From the NCBI GenBank assembly GCA_964035545.1, contig OZ037770.1, positions 6,210,729-6,274,728 on the forward strand: a stretch of DNA of 64,000 bases, written 5' to 3'. Both the position numbers and the translations under genes were made by a program. Below, piece after piece: positions 1 to 11,200 of the stretch. How positions within the stretch are numbered: position 1 is the stretch's first letter; every line of letters starts with the position of its first letter. Source of the DNA: Bugula neritina. Lineage: Eukaryota; Animalia; Bryozoa. The notes beneath the pieces were generated by a model, which worked only from the letters and a program-made list of their open reading frames with translations, was not told the origin of the DNA and ran no database searches.

Positions 1-391
1 CACTGTTATTATGTGTGGGTCAACTTAAACAAAGCCACTGCACCAGGTTGTTTACGCTAAGATAACTTTATTATTTACACAAATACAGGAAGGTTATTTA
101 CTGCTAGCATGAATAGAAAACGATTACATAATTAGTGAGCCTAATACACAACTACTCTAAATGAAGTCCCAAGCTGCTCTGCCGGCTAGCTACTCAACGC
201 ACTGCAACTACGAGTAGCTAGCTCCACCTGCTATCAATTAGTGTGACTGTCCTGATTGGTGGTTACTAGTGGTGCCACTGCTGTCCATAGCTACAATCCG
301 ACAGGGTCGAACTCACAATATAATAAACATATAGAGTGAACCTTTTCGAATAATACAATAATAATTGCACTACTAAAATCCATCATAACAC
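1..391 (-). repeat. 3' LTR of element A, left part (continues at 13778-13809)
   Basis: About 96-97% identical by eye to 20566-20956; interrupted at CATCATA-A[C/T]AC by element B. Confidence 0.92.
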
Positions 392-418
392 TGTTATGTT
401 TTTCAGATTTAGGGTTGA

Positions 419-932
419 TGTAACGTCTACCCCAGTTTATTGATAACAGGTTGCACTGCTGGAGTTTTGCTTATTTTTATTGAACTAACTGGTAACCAAC
501 GTGAAACTGCAATAATACAATAATACGATTTAACAATAAAGACATTATTGAAAGAAAAATGAAACATACAAAAAATACATAATTGTTGCAAAGCAATGTT
601 TAACATACCTCTATTACCCTTCCTGGGGAGAGTTAGAATGAAGTATATAAAATTGTGATGGTGAGAGGTTAATCAAATAAAGAATGACTAGTTAGAACTG
701 CAACAGTTAGTAGAGAAATGAAGGCATAAAACACCTTAGCTATTATAACTTTGCTAAAAGCTATAAAAAGCTGACAGCTATTCTGTTAGCAAACTCATTG
801 CATTGAAATAATGAAAACAAAGCTATTTGTGGTTTAAGAAAAAGCTGTGGCTATGTGAGTAGCTAAGTGAATATAAGGGTGAATGGTATGCAGTAGTGAG
901 TACTATAATAAAAAAATGATCAAAACGCTACA
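419..932 (-). repeat. BEL/Pao 3' LTR
   Basis: Direct repeat of 5119-5632; TG...CA ends; purine-rich AGGTGGGAG precedes it on the minus strand. Confidence 0.95.
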
Positions 933-1207
933 CTCCCACCTAAAATTTAGGATGAAATTTTACTTGGTGCTTTTACTAAAACTACTAATTTACTCAATGG
1001 CCCGACGAGCCGACGGGCCTTCACTCCAGGGCATCCACGTACACCCAGTAGCAGTGTCACGGATTTCACTACTCATTTCAAGACGTTAGACTTGGCATTG
1101 ACTAGTCAAAAACCATGAGATCAATTGTGATCTAGTGTAGGTCCTAGACCTTGGTGAGCAGGAAGTGAGTGATGATGGCTAATTAGTAGCGCGGTCATCT
1201 GTGCAGA

Positions 1208-2090
1208 TTAGGGTAAGATGATAGGGTGCTTCTTATTATGTGACAGGGTGATACATTCTTGAAATCTCCCACCAATACGAAGTAGAGCTTTTGAGTCTAA
1301 TAATGGATCTAGCGTTGTCAGACAACTAGATTTTTTTTTTTTTTTCAGAGTCTGAGATGCCTTGAGCACGGAGATCTCATTTAAAAAATTACGCTGCATG
1401 AATGAGTTGAAGGATAGTTTGTTTGGCATTTTGAAAATTGAACGGGGCATTTTTGCTTAAGTGCTTTTTTATTGTGGCAGTTGCTCTGACTGCTCTGTTT
1501 CAGTCAGAAAACTTTTCCAAGCATTCATCGAGTGAAAAGTGAACTGTTTGTGAGATGAATGACAATGATGACTGTTTTACCTCCACATGTTTAGGGTTTA
1601 CGTACACCAATGGCTGTGTGGGTAAGATATTAGGTTCGGTCCTGGGAAATTGTTTCTACTCTCTTTGCAACACATGTGTGAAAATGATCAGCAATATTAC
1701 TTATATGGTCAAGAACAACAGTGGAGTCAGAATAGAAGTGTGTGCTGATGTTTGAAATGTCAAGTTCTTTGATATATTTTGTGATCGAGCTGACAGCACT
1801 TGCTGCTGCCTGAAGTTTGAGTCATGAAACTTGTCTCATTGGTGCGACTTGGGCTTTACCTGAAAGCAGTGCAACATGCACTCGCCTTGCCGAGTTAACT
1901 AGTCGAAGGTATGTGCAGTGATCACAGCCCACTGTACTGGCGTCAGCAAAAGTGTGGTTAAGCAGTTTCCTATGAATCAAAGTCATGAGGAGTGAGACAT
2001 CGAGGTATGGTGATATGATTGACAGGCGTCAAGTCTGATTTCCAAGCAGACCATCTGAGTCTGTGAGTGATGCATTCTAATCAAGGTTAT
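1208..2090 (-). pseudogene. BEL/Pao pol remnants (RNase H region and pre-integrase segment)
   Basis: Minus-strand peptides ITIPRCLTPHDF, HTFADASTVG..C.YLR and LDPLLDSKALLRIGGR...HPIILP, broken by stops and frameshifts. Confidence 0.75.
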
Positions 2091-2488
2091 TAGAACACGT
2101 CTCTTGTAAACTAGTTTTGCCCTAGAGAACAAAGAGAGCTATCAGACACAGGGGTTTAAACACTAAAGCTACTGTGGATAAGACACTTTTCCTAGTGTCC
2201 GGTTTGATAATGGGCGATGCTGGTATGTGAATTGATCTTGCGCAGTATCTTAAAGGACACGAAGTGATCGTTCTTGAAGTAATGAATCGAAGGTGAGATC
2301 TAGGGTGGCAAGTGTGTTTGCACACTCACTCCTTGGTAACTGTGATATGACAGACTTACTGTTAGAGGCTATTTCGTGGAGCCACAATTGACTGGTTTGA
2401 CAAATGGACTAAGTTTGTTTGGTGAGGGTTATTTGTGTTGTTTATCTGATGCATTTTGTTGAGAGCTTTGTCCTTCTGGGTTTTATCG

Positions 2489-4438
2489 TTAATCTGGTTT
2501 TATGGTGGGTTGCTTGTTTGAATCATTAGATTTCGTTAGGTTTTTGGGATATTTACGCATTTTGTGAAGAGAAGTTGGGTGCCTTTCTTTGCAGATATTG
2601 CAAACAGCAGGAGATCCACATTCCTTGGCAATGTGGTTACCATCTAAACAGGCATAGCAAAGGCGTTTGTCTCTTATGAACTCATGAACTTCTGAAAATG
2701 GCAAGAGGTTTAGCTTGCCACAAACAGCAGTTTTGTGATTGTCCATTTTGCAAAATATACATGCATGAATGTGTGTTTCAGATTGCTGTGGAGCGACTTC
2801 AGTTTTCTGTGTAGCAAATGTCCTCTTTGGTAATATAGGTTTTTTTATGATGATGTCTTGGGTTTTTTTCTTTGCTTGTGTGTTTGATTCATGGAGAGCT
2901 TTTGACAATGAATTCCGAGCTATATCACAGTGGTGTGATAAAAATGTTATAAATGTTTTTAGAGGAGGAAATCTTCCAGTTTCTCTTTCTAATCTGGTAG
3001 ACTCGTCAGCCCACCTTTCTCCGATTTGATGTGGAATTTTCACTATTAACTTTTTATTGGCTGCTTTCGTATTGAGATTGATGTCTGCATCGAGACCATC
3101 AATGGATTCCAGTAAATCAATAAAATCTTCTAAAGCTTCTGCATCTCTTTGGTTTATTTTTGGCCAGTTTTGGAGTTTCTCTAAGTATGCCTCTGTTATT
3201 TTTTCTCCTTTCCCGTATCTGTCATCTAATTTAGCCCAGGCTGCCTCATATGAGTGTTCTGTCTTTTGTCTGTAAAGACCTTGGATGGCTTTGTAAGCTC
3301 TGCCGTCTACAAACTGTCTTAATTTTAACCATTTTTGTCCGGCTGAGCTTTTTGAGAGGTTAAAAGCCTCATTGAAGGCCACCTTCCAATCTTGGTATTC
3401 CAGTGGATCGCCTGAAAACATGGGGGGTTCTGATGGACGTTGCCTAACTAGGTTGATAGCTTCAGCGTAATCGTCAGGTGTGAAGGCAGTTTGCTGTTGG
3501 TAGCTGGGGTTAGTAATAGGACTTTGATGAGCAAACTGGGGAACATTGCTTGAGAGCTCATTGGACTGTAAAAAAGGGTTTGTGGATGTTAGAGGCATTG
3601 TGAACTGTAAGAAAGGGTTTGTAGATGCTACAGGTGTGGTTGGAAGAATGCGAGGTTGCATGATATTTTTAGTCAGACGCTGAGGTGTGTGAATGATTGG
3701 TTGAGGTGGAATAGCTGGTATGATTGATGGCAACTGATTTAGAAGGGAAGAAGAGCTGTCCTTCTCTTCCTCTTCTTCAATGGCTTGGGCTATGACTTGC
3801 TCTTCAGCCTCCGCTGCGTGTATTTCAGCCTGAAGTTCTTGCTGTTTGATAGCGTTTGTAAGTTGACTGGCTTGCTGTCGTAACTCATGAACTATATTAG
3901 CAGATTCTAATTTTATTCTTAGTGCGGCTGCCTTAGCTTTGGATTGCACCTGCATTAATCTGAGCTGTGACTGTGAGCTAGCACAAGATGAGTGACAGGA
4001 TGAAGCTGGTTTTGAACTATGGTGACTAGCAGATCCTAAGATCTCGAAGCGCTGATTTTCTTGTGCTGGCTCAAAGCCAGCAGCTTTTGTTTTAGTTGAA
4101 AGTTTACTCATTCGATCTATGGCATCACCAATCAATGTTTCACAATCGGAATGCAATCTATCCATTTGATTTCGGACCCGAAGGTCTGGCTCATGGTCTC
4201 CTAGCATCTGGCGCCACTCATCATAGGTTCCCTCTAAGTTGTGTTTAACTTGAGATAGTCGGTTTTTATAACTTTCCAATGAGTCATACGAAATATCCTG
4301 TTTTGATGCAAAGTGTGAAAATATAGATTTGTGTAACTCGGCACAGTTTTTGATTTCATTGTCTAGTTTTGCAGCTTTCTGATTAATTTTTGTTCTTGAA
4401 AATATATGAGGTTTTGAGGCGTTTGATTTAGACATCAC
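2489..4438 (-). CDS. BEL/Pao Gag (DUF1759-like region plus three Cys/His knuckles)
   Basis: 649-aa ORF with PPMFSGDPLEYQDWK and knuckles CIFCKMDNHKTAVC, CYACLDGNHIAKEC, CNICKERHPTSLH. Confidence 0.9.
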   Translation of the reverse strand: MMSKSNASKPHIFSRTKINQKAAKLDNEIKNCAELHKSIFSHFASKQDISYDSLESYKNRLSQVKHNLEGTYDEWRQMLGDHEPDLRVRNQMDRLHSDCETLIGDAIDRMSKLSTKTKAAGFEPAQENQRFEILGSASHHSSKPASSCHSSCASSQSQLRLMQVQSKAKAAALRIKLESANIVHELRQQASQLTNAIKQQELQAEIHAAEAEEQVIAQAIEEEEEKDSSSSLLNQLPSIIPAIPPQPIIHTPQRLTKNIMQPRILPTTPVASTNPFLQFTMPLTSTNPFLQSNELSSNVPQFAHQSPITNPSYQQQTAFTPDDYAEAINLVRQRPSEPPMFSGDPLEYQDWKVAFNEAFNLSKSSAGQKWLKLRQFVDGRAYKAIQGLYRQKTEHSYEAAWAKLDDRYGKGEKITEAYLEKLQNWPKINQRDAEALEDFIDLLESIDGLDADINLNTKAANKKLIVKIPHQIGERWADESTRLERETGRFPPLKTFITFLSHHCDIARNSLSKALHESNTQAKKKTQDIIIKKPILPKRTFATQKTEVAPQQSETHIHACIFCKMDNHKTAVCGKLNLLPFSEVHEFIRDKRLCYACLDGNHIAKECGSPAVCNICKERHPTSLHKMRKYPKNLTKSNDSNKQPTIKPD

Positions 4439-5118
4439 CTATTTAGGTATGAGAGCGTTAGTTATTATTTACAAAGAAATTTTGTGAAATATTTGCTCAC
4501 TAATTTGCTACAGGGACAGGACAAAAGTGACAGGTGATGAGGGATGATTGAAGAAACCTATTATTTGATGAGCAGATTATGATGAATGATGTCAGCCAAT
4601 ATCAAAATATTTGATAATGTTCCAAATTAATCCACTAGCTTTGTGATTTCACTATTACAAGTACTAATGTTACAGTATTTCAAAAGATGAACACTAATTC
4701 AGCCTAGTTATATTAAGCTTAACATAATCAAGATTATAAAAAGAAGTGTTGATGTGCTATTACTTAATTTAAGTGATTATAGTAGGTAAGAAACTCAAGT
4801 GTTGTAGATTTAAACCACAATGATACATTGAACAACTTATCGGTTGAGTTAGTTGTCTGTTGACCTCTGGCTCCGTCTGTGTAGTTCTGATGCGTCTGAT
4901 GTTGTGCTAGCTGCCGAAATGACGTACTGGTAATATTGGTTGAAACTGAGTGCAGACAGAAACTGAATATTGAACTTTACTGGCTTTATGGTTTGTTTTC
5001 TGGGTTGATTCTTTGAGTACTCCACTTCAAGGCAATGAGTTGCAGCAGGGTTTGTGTCTTCTTGGTTTTGGCAGCAACTGCACAGAACTGGTCTTTTCGA
5101 TAGTAGGTAGAGTTTCAC

Positions 5119-5632
5119 TGTAACATCTACCCCAGTTTATTGATAACAGGTTGCACTGCTAGAGTTTTGCTTATTTTTATTGAACTAACTGGTAACCAAC
5201 GTGAAACTGCAATAATACAATAATACGATTTAACAATAAAGACATTATTGAAAGAAAAATGAAACATACAAAAAATACATAATTGTTGCAAAGCAATGTT
5301 TAACATACCTCTATTACCCTTCCTGGGGAGAGTTAGAATGAAGTATATAAAATTGTGATGGTGAAAGGTTAATCAAATAAAGAATGACTAGTTAGAACTG
5401 CAACAGTTAGTAGAGAAATGAAGGCATAAAACACCTTAGCTATTATAACTTTGCTAAAAGCTATAAAAAGCTGACAGCTATTCTGTTAGCAAAATCATTG
5501 CATTGAAATAATGAAAACAAAGCTATTTGTGGTTTAAGAAAAAGCTGTGGCTATGTGAGTAGCTAAGTGAATATAAGGGTGAATGGTATGCAGTAGTGAG
5601 TACTATAATAAAAAAATGAGCAAAACGCTACA
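5119..5632 (-). repeat. BEL/Pao 5' LTR
   Basis: Direct repeat of 419-932. Confidence 0.95.
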
Positions 5633-5660
5633 GTTGATATGCTATCCAGAGAGTCTAATT

Positions 5661-6344
5661 GGCGATCAACTTTGAAGTTACGTAATTTTAAGCCTCGTTT
5701 GAGTTTATCGCGAAATTTGCTAACAAATTTTGCATAACTTTCAATTTCATTATTAAAAAGTTACACTTGATTTTGGCTTTAAATAAACTGGGTATTATAA
5801 TTTTAAGAGTATCTTCTTTTATAAAAAGCTTCTTAAAGTGACGGGAGACCTCAATTCTAACTAAAATAAGTCATTTTAATTTGACCTCTCAAAACCGCCA
5901 TTTTAAAATTGAAAATTCAAAATGATAAAATTAATTTATAATATGATTCAAAATATAGTGACTTTAACATTTCTGTTTATTTAAATGTTCTTTTAAATGT
6001 AATCTGAATAAAATAAACTGGCTCTCTATGATTTGACAGCAGTTTCATGCATTTAAAAGTAGCGTTAAAATTTACCGACAATTCTGAAATTTAGAGATTA
6101 AATTGAAAAGCAACTAGCTGGCTTGGTAGCTATTAATTTAATCAGATTTAATGGCTCTAACTATCCCAAAATTACTAAGCTGCCCTATCAACATCAATTA
6201 CAAAAACTTTTAGGCTTTTTGGTTGAAAACTGGAAGTTTAAAGTAAGCGCTATCGTTTATTTACCTAAAAGACCATATATGGTCCATTGATCTGTGGATA
6301 GTGTCGCTTTCAGGGACATATATGGTCCATTGATCGCGTAAGGG
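5661..6344. mobile_element. piggyBac-like non-autonomous DNA element fragment inside LTR B
   Basis: Absent from the intact B LTR; ends in ...TAAGGG|TTAA at the TTAA present in the intact LTR; duplicated subterminal motif CATATATGGTCCATTGATC (about 6274 and 6317); left terminus and about 23 bp of LTR are missing. Confidence 0.65.
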
Positions 6345-6868
6345 TTAAGTCGAGTGAACGCGTATATATTTTAAACACAATAATACATTATAAAAACGAT
6401 ACAAATACATCTGACAATTTACACATCTAGTCTATTCAGCACTCTAACTTCGACTGAGTTAGCAGCGGGAAACTATAATTGCTGCTAACTGTTAAACACG
6501 CTAATTGGCTATCCATTGTTCCGGGTCAATTACGCGACCCTACATGTTGTGCTGCTGGTAGCTCCACGAGCCACCACACCGCCCCCACCAGCAGAAAGCC
6601 CTCTTTCTGATATATAAAAAAACGTTCATTATTAACCACATACACCAGTAGACCAAAATAATACATAACACATATAAAGATACATAATAACAGACAGAGT
6701 CATTATAACAGCCGGTTACATACAATTGACCAGCTATAGAGGAGGAATACCGGCTAGCTGTGGTGTTAGACAAGGAGTAGGCCTGTCGAGCAGTCAAGCA
6801 TTTGCAGGACCTTCTTGGGTCTCCCAAGAGGACAAAGTTGTGGATTATTCCGGGTAGCAGAACTAGAG

Positions 6869-7690
6869 TCATTGTTGGGCACGCCGGTGCTTGGCTTGGC
6901 ATGTACGCAGTTTCCGTTTCATCCGGCCTACTGATCCTTTTAGTTGGAAGAGCCCCGTCGTAGTATTAAGTAAATCCGGTGCTAACTGGGTGAATTCTTC
7001 TTGTAGTCGGAGGAGGCGTTCCTCTACTGTGGCCAGACAAACTGGGTCTGGGGACGGTGTCCGTCTGCGGCGCAAAGGGGGACTGGGAGACCTGGTTCGT
7101 CTCTTCATCGGGGCAGGGGAGACCTCTCCTTTTTCTGGATAAGCAAACTCCCCGGGGGTGTACACCATCTGAGGGCGGTCAGATATCAATGGGGATTGTT
7201 GTCTGGCATAGTCTAATACGCGTTGGAAACCCGAGGTCAGGACGGCCAACAACATTGCCTTCTTTACTAGGGGTCGTATCAGGGTGAGGAATTTCGGATA
7301 GAGCTTGACGTCGACCACATAATTCTCTCCAGAGAAACAGCCCGCCGCTTGATGTCTGGTGACAGGGTAGGGGTAAACATCATTGTATCCGCAGGGGCAG
7401 AATGTGAGTAGGAGATGGGCGTTGACATGTAGCTTCAAGGAGCGGTGAGAGGCACATTCTTCGCCACAAATCTGGCATCTCGTCCGTCCTCTGGACCCCC
7501 AGGCCGTTTCTATTTCTTCCGCTGTTTCTGGAGACACCCACCGCCAACGGCGGCGTAGTGGCTCGGGCTGGTCACCATTGGCATACTCCTCAGGATGCGG
7601 AGCGGGAAGTGCTCTATCCCGCACCCTGGTTGTAGCGGGTCGAGTGTAATCTGAAAAAGTTTCAACAGTGTTAATACAGTACACTGCCAT
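6869..7690 (-). CDS. Accessory ORF3 of element B: C2H2-type zinc finger + CxC-H-C finger + C-terminal coiled coil
   Basis: 273-aa ORF between pol and the 3' LTR; CQIC-x12-H-x3-H then TFCPCG...RHQ...C; homologous to 27205-28266. Confidence 0.8.
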   Translation of the reverse strand: MAVYCINTVETFSDYTRPATTRVRDRALPAPHPEEYANGDQPEPLRRRWRWVSPETAEEIETAWGSRGRTRCQICGEECASHRSLKLHVNAHLLLTFCPCGYNDVYPYPVTRHQAAGCFSGENYVVDVKLYPKFLTLIRPLVKKAMLLAVLTSGFQRVLDYARQQSPLISDRPQMVYTPGEFAYPEKGEVSPAPMKRRTRSPSPPLRRRRTPSPDPVCLATVEERLLRLQEEFTQLAPDLLNTTTGLFQLKGSVGRMKRKLRTCQAKHRRAQQ

Positions 7691-8248
7691 GTTGTCAGCT
7701 TGAATAGCTTGGCAACTCCTAATTCAGTTACCTCGTAGAGATTTATGGTAGTGAATAGTCAGATAGAACACGTATTGCAATGAGATTATAAAAATCTCTA
7801 AGTCAAACTGAGTTCTTACTACGGTATTTCACTAACCTATCTCCAGCTCGATTGACTCAGTGAGTCGGAGCTGAGTGATGCAATCTAGTTTCATATTAAG
7901 ATATAGTTAACTCACCCCACGATCTGTTGTCGTAAGACATACTGAATGTGTGAAATGGTTTGAACTACTGCTTAGAAACACGTCTACTCCTGACTGCATC
8001 AGCGTATAAAAAGATCGAGCAACGTGGTTGGGGTGCGTGATTAAGACTTTGTGCACCCGGCGGATGAATTTTGTTTCTATTTCCGCCGATACAAAAGTTG
8101 ATATTTTCGTGGTGTTGACAACTCCCACATTTGCTCGATACTTTTCTCGTACGGTTTTCCCCTAGACTTTCATACGCGCCGCTTCTATCGCAGTCGCATA
8201 CGAAGTCCTTCAAGTATGCGGGGGGTTGCCTCGTACGCTGTCCCCTTT

Positions 8249-11200
8249 CTAGGGGGGGGGTGACACGCTCGCCGGTTCGTTAGTAGGGGCCTCTAATGGC
8301 GTCTTTACTTCACCGTTAGCGGTCACCTCTTCTTGTTCTCCGGATGGAACCCCTCCCTCCGTGGGGTTTTGCACTTCCGGAACCGGCTCGGTTTTTGGAA
8401 GTGATGGAAATAAACTTGGCGGTGGCGGACACGCTTCCGTTGGCAAAAGCTGTCGCTCCTCTCTCACCAAGTTTTCCTCCCGCGGTATGACCACTTCGTA
8501 TTCAGGTCCATGCCGCCGTCGCCCGCGCGTTGTTGTCTGCCTCCTGGGTTCCAACAACGGGGGGGCTTCGCCCACTGCATTGGGGCTAGCCCATTACGGT
8601 TTCAAGCGAGATTCATTCTGCATAGACACCTGTCCTGAGCGCTCAATCTTGTACGTATGATTGGGCATAGCCTCGACGATCACGTAGCGTCCTACGAACT
8701 TAGGCTTTAGTTTATCAGCCTGTCCGCGACGCCTACGGTAACTGACCATCCACACCTTATCTCCCGTTTGATAGAGAGGTGGTTCATCGGAATCTTCGTG
8801 CTGCACCTTCCACTGCTGTTTGCGCAGTATATCGTGTGCGGCCTTCATCCGTTCCACTAGTTCACTGGCATACTCGTGAACCGAGTTGTCTTGCTCTGGA
8901 ACGTGGTAGGTGATATGGTCAGGGACACGAGTCTCTCTCCCGAGCATCAAGAGGTTTGGGGTCTCACCAGTACTGGTGTGTGGGGTGCTACGGTATGCAC
9001 GCATGACTTGCGGCAACACCGTATCCCATTCCTCTTGCCCTCCTCCAAGGAGGAGACTCCGGAGCGCATCACCTAGCATCCGGTTGTTGTGCTCCACCAC
9101 CCCATTACCTTGAGGGTGGTAGGGGGTGGTCCGGCTCTGATTTACTCCCAGAGGTGGCAAAAGTCGCTCATTAGTTGAGACTGGAATTGAGCGCCTTGAT
9201 CAGAGTGTATCTGTTCGGGGAGACCAAAATAACAGAATACATGTTGGTCTAGTGCCCTGGCCACTGTTGGGGCTGACGCATCTGGGATAGCCAGAGCATC
9301 CACCCACCTAGTAAAGTGGTCGGTTAGTACTAAGAGCCAACTATTGCCTCTGGGGGTCAGGGGCATGGGTCCGACCAGGTCTACAGCGACTACTTGCCAG
9401 GGCCTACCAGCATATAGCCTCCGCCGTCCTGCTTCACCAGGGGGACGGCTATGCTTACTGGCCTGACAGATCTCACACTGTTTGACTCTGAGCCGGACGT
9501 CACGCTCCATTTGTGGCCAATACCACCGGAGTCGCAATTTGGATATCACTCTCTTGACCCCTGCGTGGGCCTGTTTGTGAGTATCCCAAATCAACTCACG
9601 GCGGATGGCAGTGGGGCAGACTACCCTCTTCCTCTCCGGGTGTATGCCGCTGGCGGCTAGAGAGATGGTTAGTAAACCATCCTGCCCGATCCGCAGCGAG
9701 TCCCAACGCTGACAGTATAGCCAAAACTCGGCGCATCCCTGTCGTATGCGTTCCTCGATGGGTCGTCGCCCTTCCCTTTTGGCCCGATATATGTCTGCCA
9801 CGACTCCAGGCAGCTCTTCTTGGAGCTTCTTTAGCTCTCGAACATTACCGGCCAGTACAGGGTTGGCGCGGAGGTTTTGTACACCCTCCGGGGACTCATC
9901 AACTTCCTGTCTGAGTTAACCCTGGTCCCAGTCAAACGGTGCTCCGTGGTGAGCCAGCGTCTCCAACTCGCATCGCGGGGGACCTCCATCCCTCCTCTCG
10001 ATGTTGAGACACTGTATGCAACCTCCGTCAGGTCGGCGACTCAACCCATCCGCATTGCTGTGTCTCTTGCCCGGTCGATGTTCGATCCGGTATGAGAATT
10101 CAGCTAGGATTTCGAGCCACCGGGCGACCTGACTAGAGGGCTCTGCTCTCTTGCACAACCAGATCAGCGAGGCATGATCCGTACGCAGCCGGAACTTCCT
10201 GCCATATAGGTATGGTCTGAAGTGCTTCACTGACTTGATTACTGCCAGCAGCTCCTTGCGGGTAGTGCAGTAATTTCGTTCAGCGGGTGAGAGAGACTTG
10301 CTGTAGTAGGCTACTACTACTTCTCGGCCTTCCTGCACTTGCGACAGCACAGCGCCAACATTTTGGTTACTGGCGTCAGTGTGGAGGATGTACTCCAGAG
10401 TGGGGTCTGGGTAGGCCAAGATGGGCGCCGTTAGTAGGCAGCCCTTGAGGCGGTCGAACACTCCTTGTTCGACTGGGGTCCACTGCCACGTCACTCCCAT
10501 TGCGGTGAGCCGGTTTAACGGCTGTGCTATGCCCGCAAAGTCTGGTATGTATTGTCTGTAATACCCTACCAGCCCCAAGAAAGCCCGGAGTCCGGTCAAG
10601 TCTTGGGGGGTGACCCAGTCTTCTATTGCCCGCACCTTCTCGGGATCCGTTGCCACGCCGTTTCGACCGACAACATGCCCCAGGTACTTAACATCTGGCT
10701 GCAATAGAGCGCACTTAGAAGGTTTGAGCTTAAGACCGGCACCTCGGAGTCTCTCGAAAATCTCCTGCAGACGACTGACATGTGTCTCGAAGTCTGGGGA
10801 GATCACGATGACATCATCGAGGTAGATCAGCAGTGTCTTCCAATAGAGCCTGCTGAGGACTTGCTCCATCAGCCTCTGAAAGGTGGCTGGGGCGGAGGTC
10901 AACCCGAAAGGCAACACCTTCCACTTCCACAACCCGTCCCGCGTGATAAATGCCGCCTTTTCCTGGGCGTCGGGACTTAGAGGAACTTGCCAATAGCCAC
11001 TCAGCAAGTCTAACGTACTGAAGTACTTGTTGCCGGCTAGGGCGTCCAACGACTCGTCAATACGAGGTAGAGGGTAGGCGTCCTGTGTGGTTACGCTATT
11101 GAGTTTGCGGTAATCCACACAGAACCGCCAACTGCCGTCTTTCTTCCGGACCAGCGCGACTGGCGAGCTCCACGCACTATGGGCGGGCTCTATCAGTCCC

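Larger units (their letters stand above)
419..5632 (-). mobile_element. BEL/Pao LTR retrotransposon, internally deleted (non-autonomous), inserted in the LTR of B
   Basis: 514-bp LTRs 419-932 and 5119-5632 (TGT...ACA, about 5 differences); 5-bp TSD GTTGA at 414-418 and 5633-5637; BEL-type gag plus short pol remnants (IPRCL, HTFADAS, LRIGGR...HPIILP). Confidence 0.93.

Noticed and set aside
6869-7690. env gene making B and C endogenous retroviruses
   Set aside because: No signal peptide, transmembrane anchor or fusion peptide; zinc-finger motifs instead.
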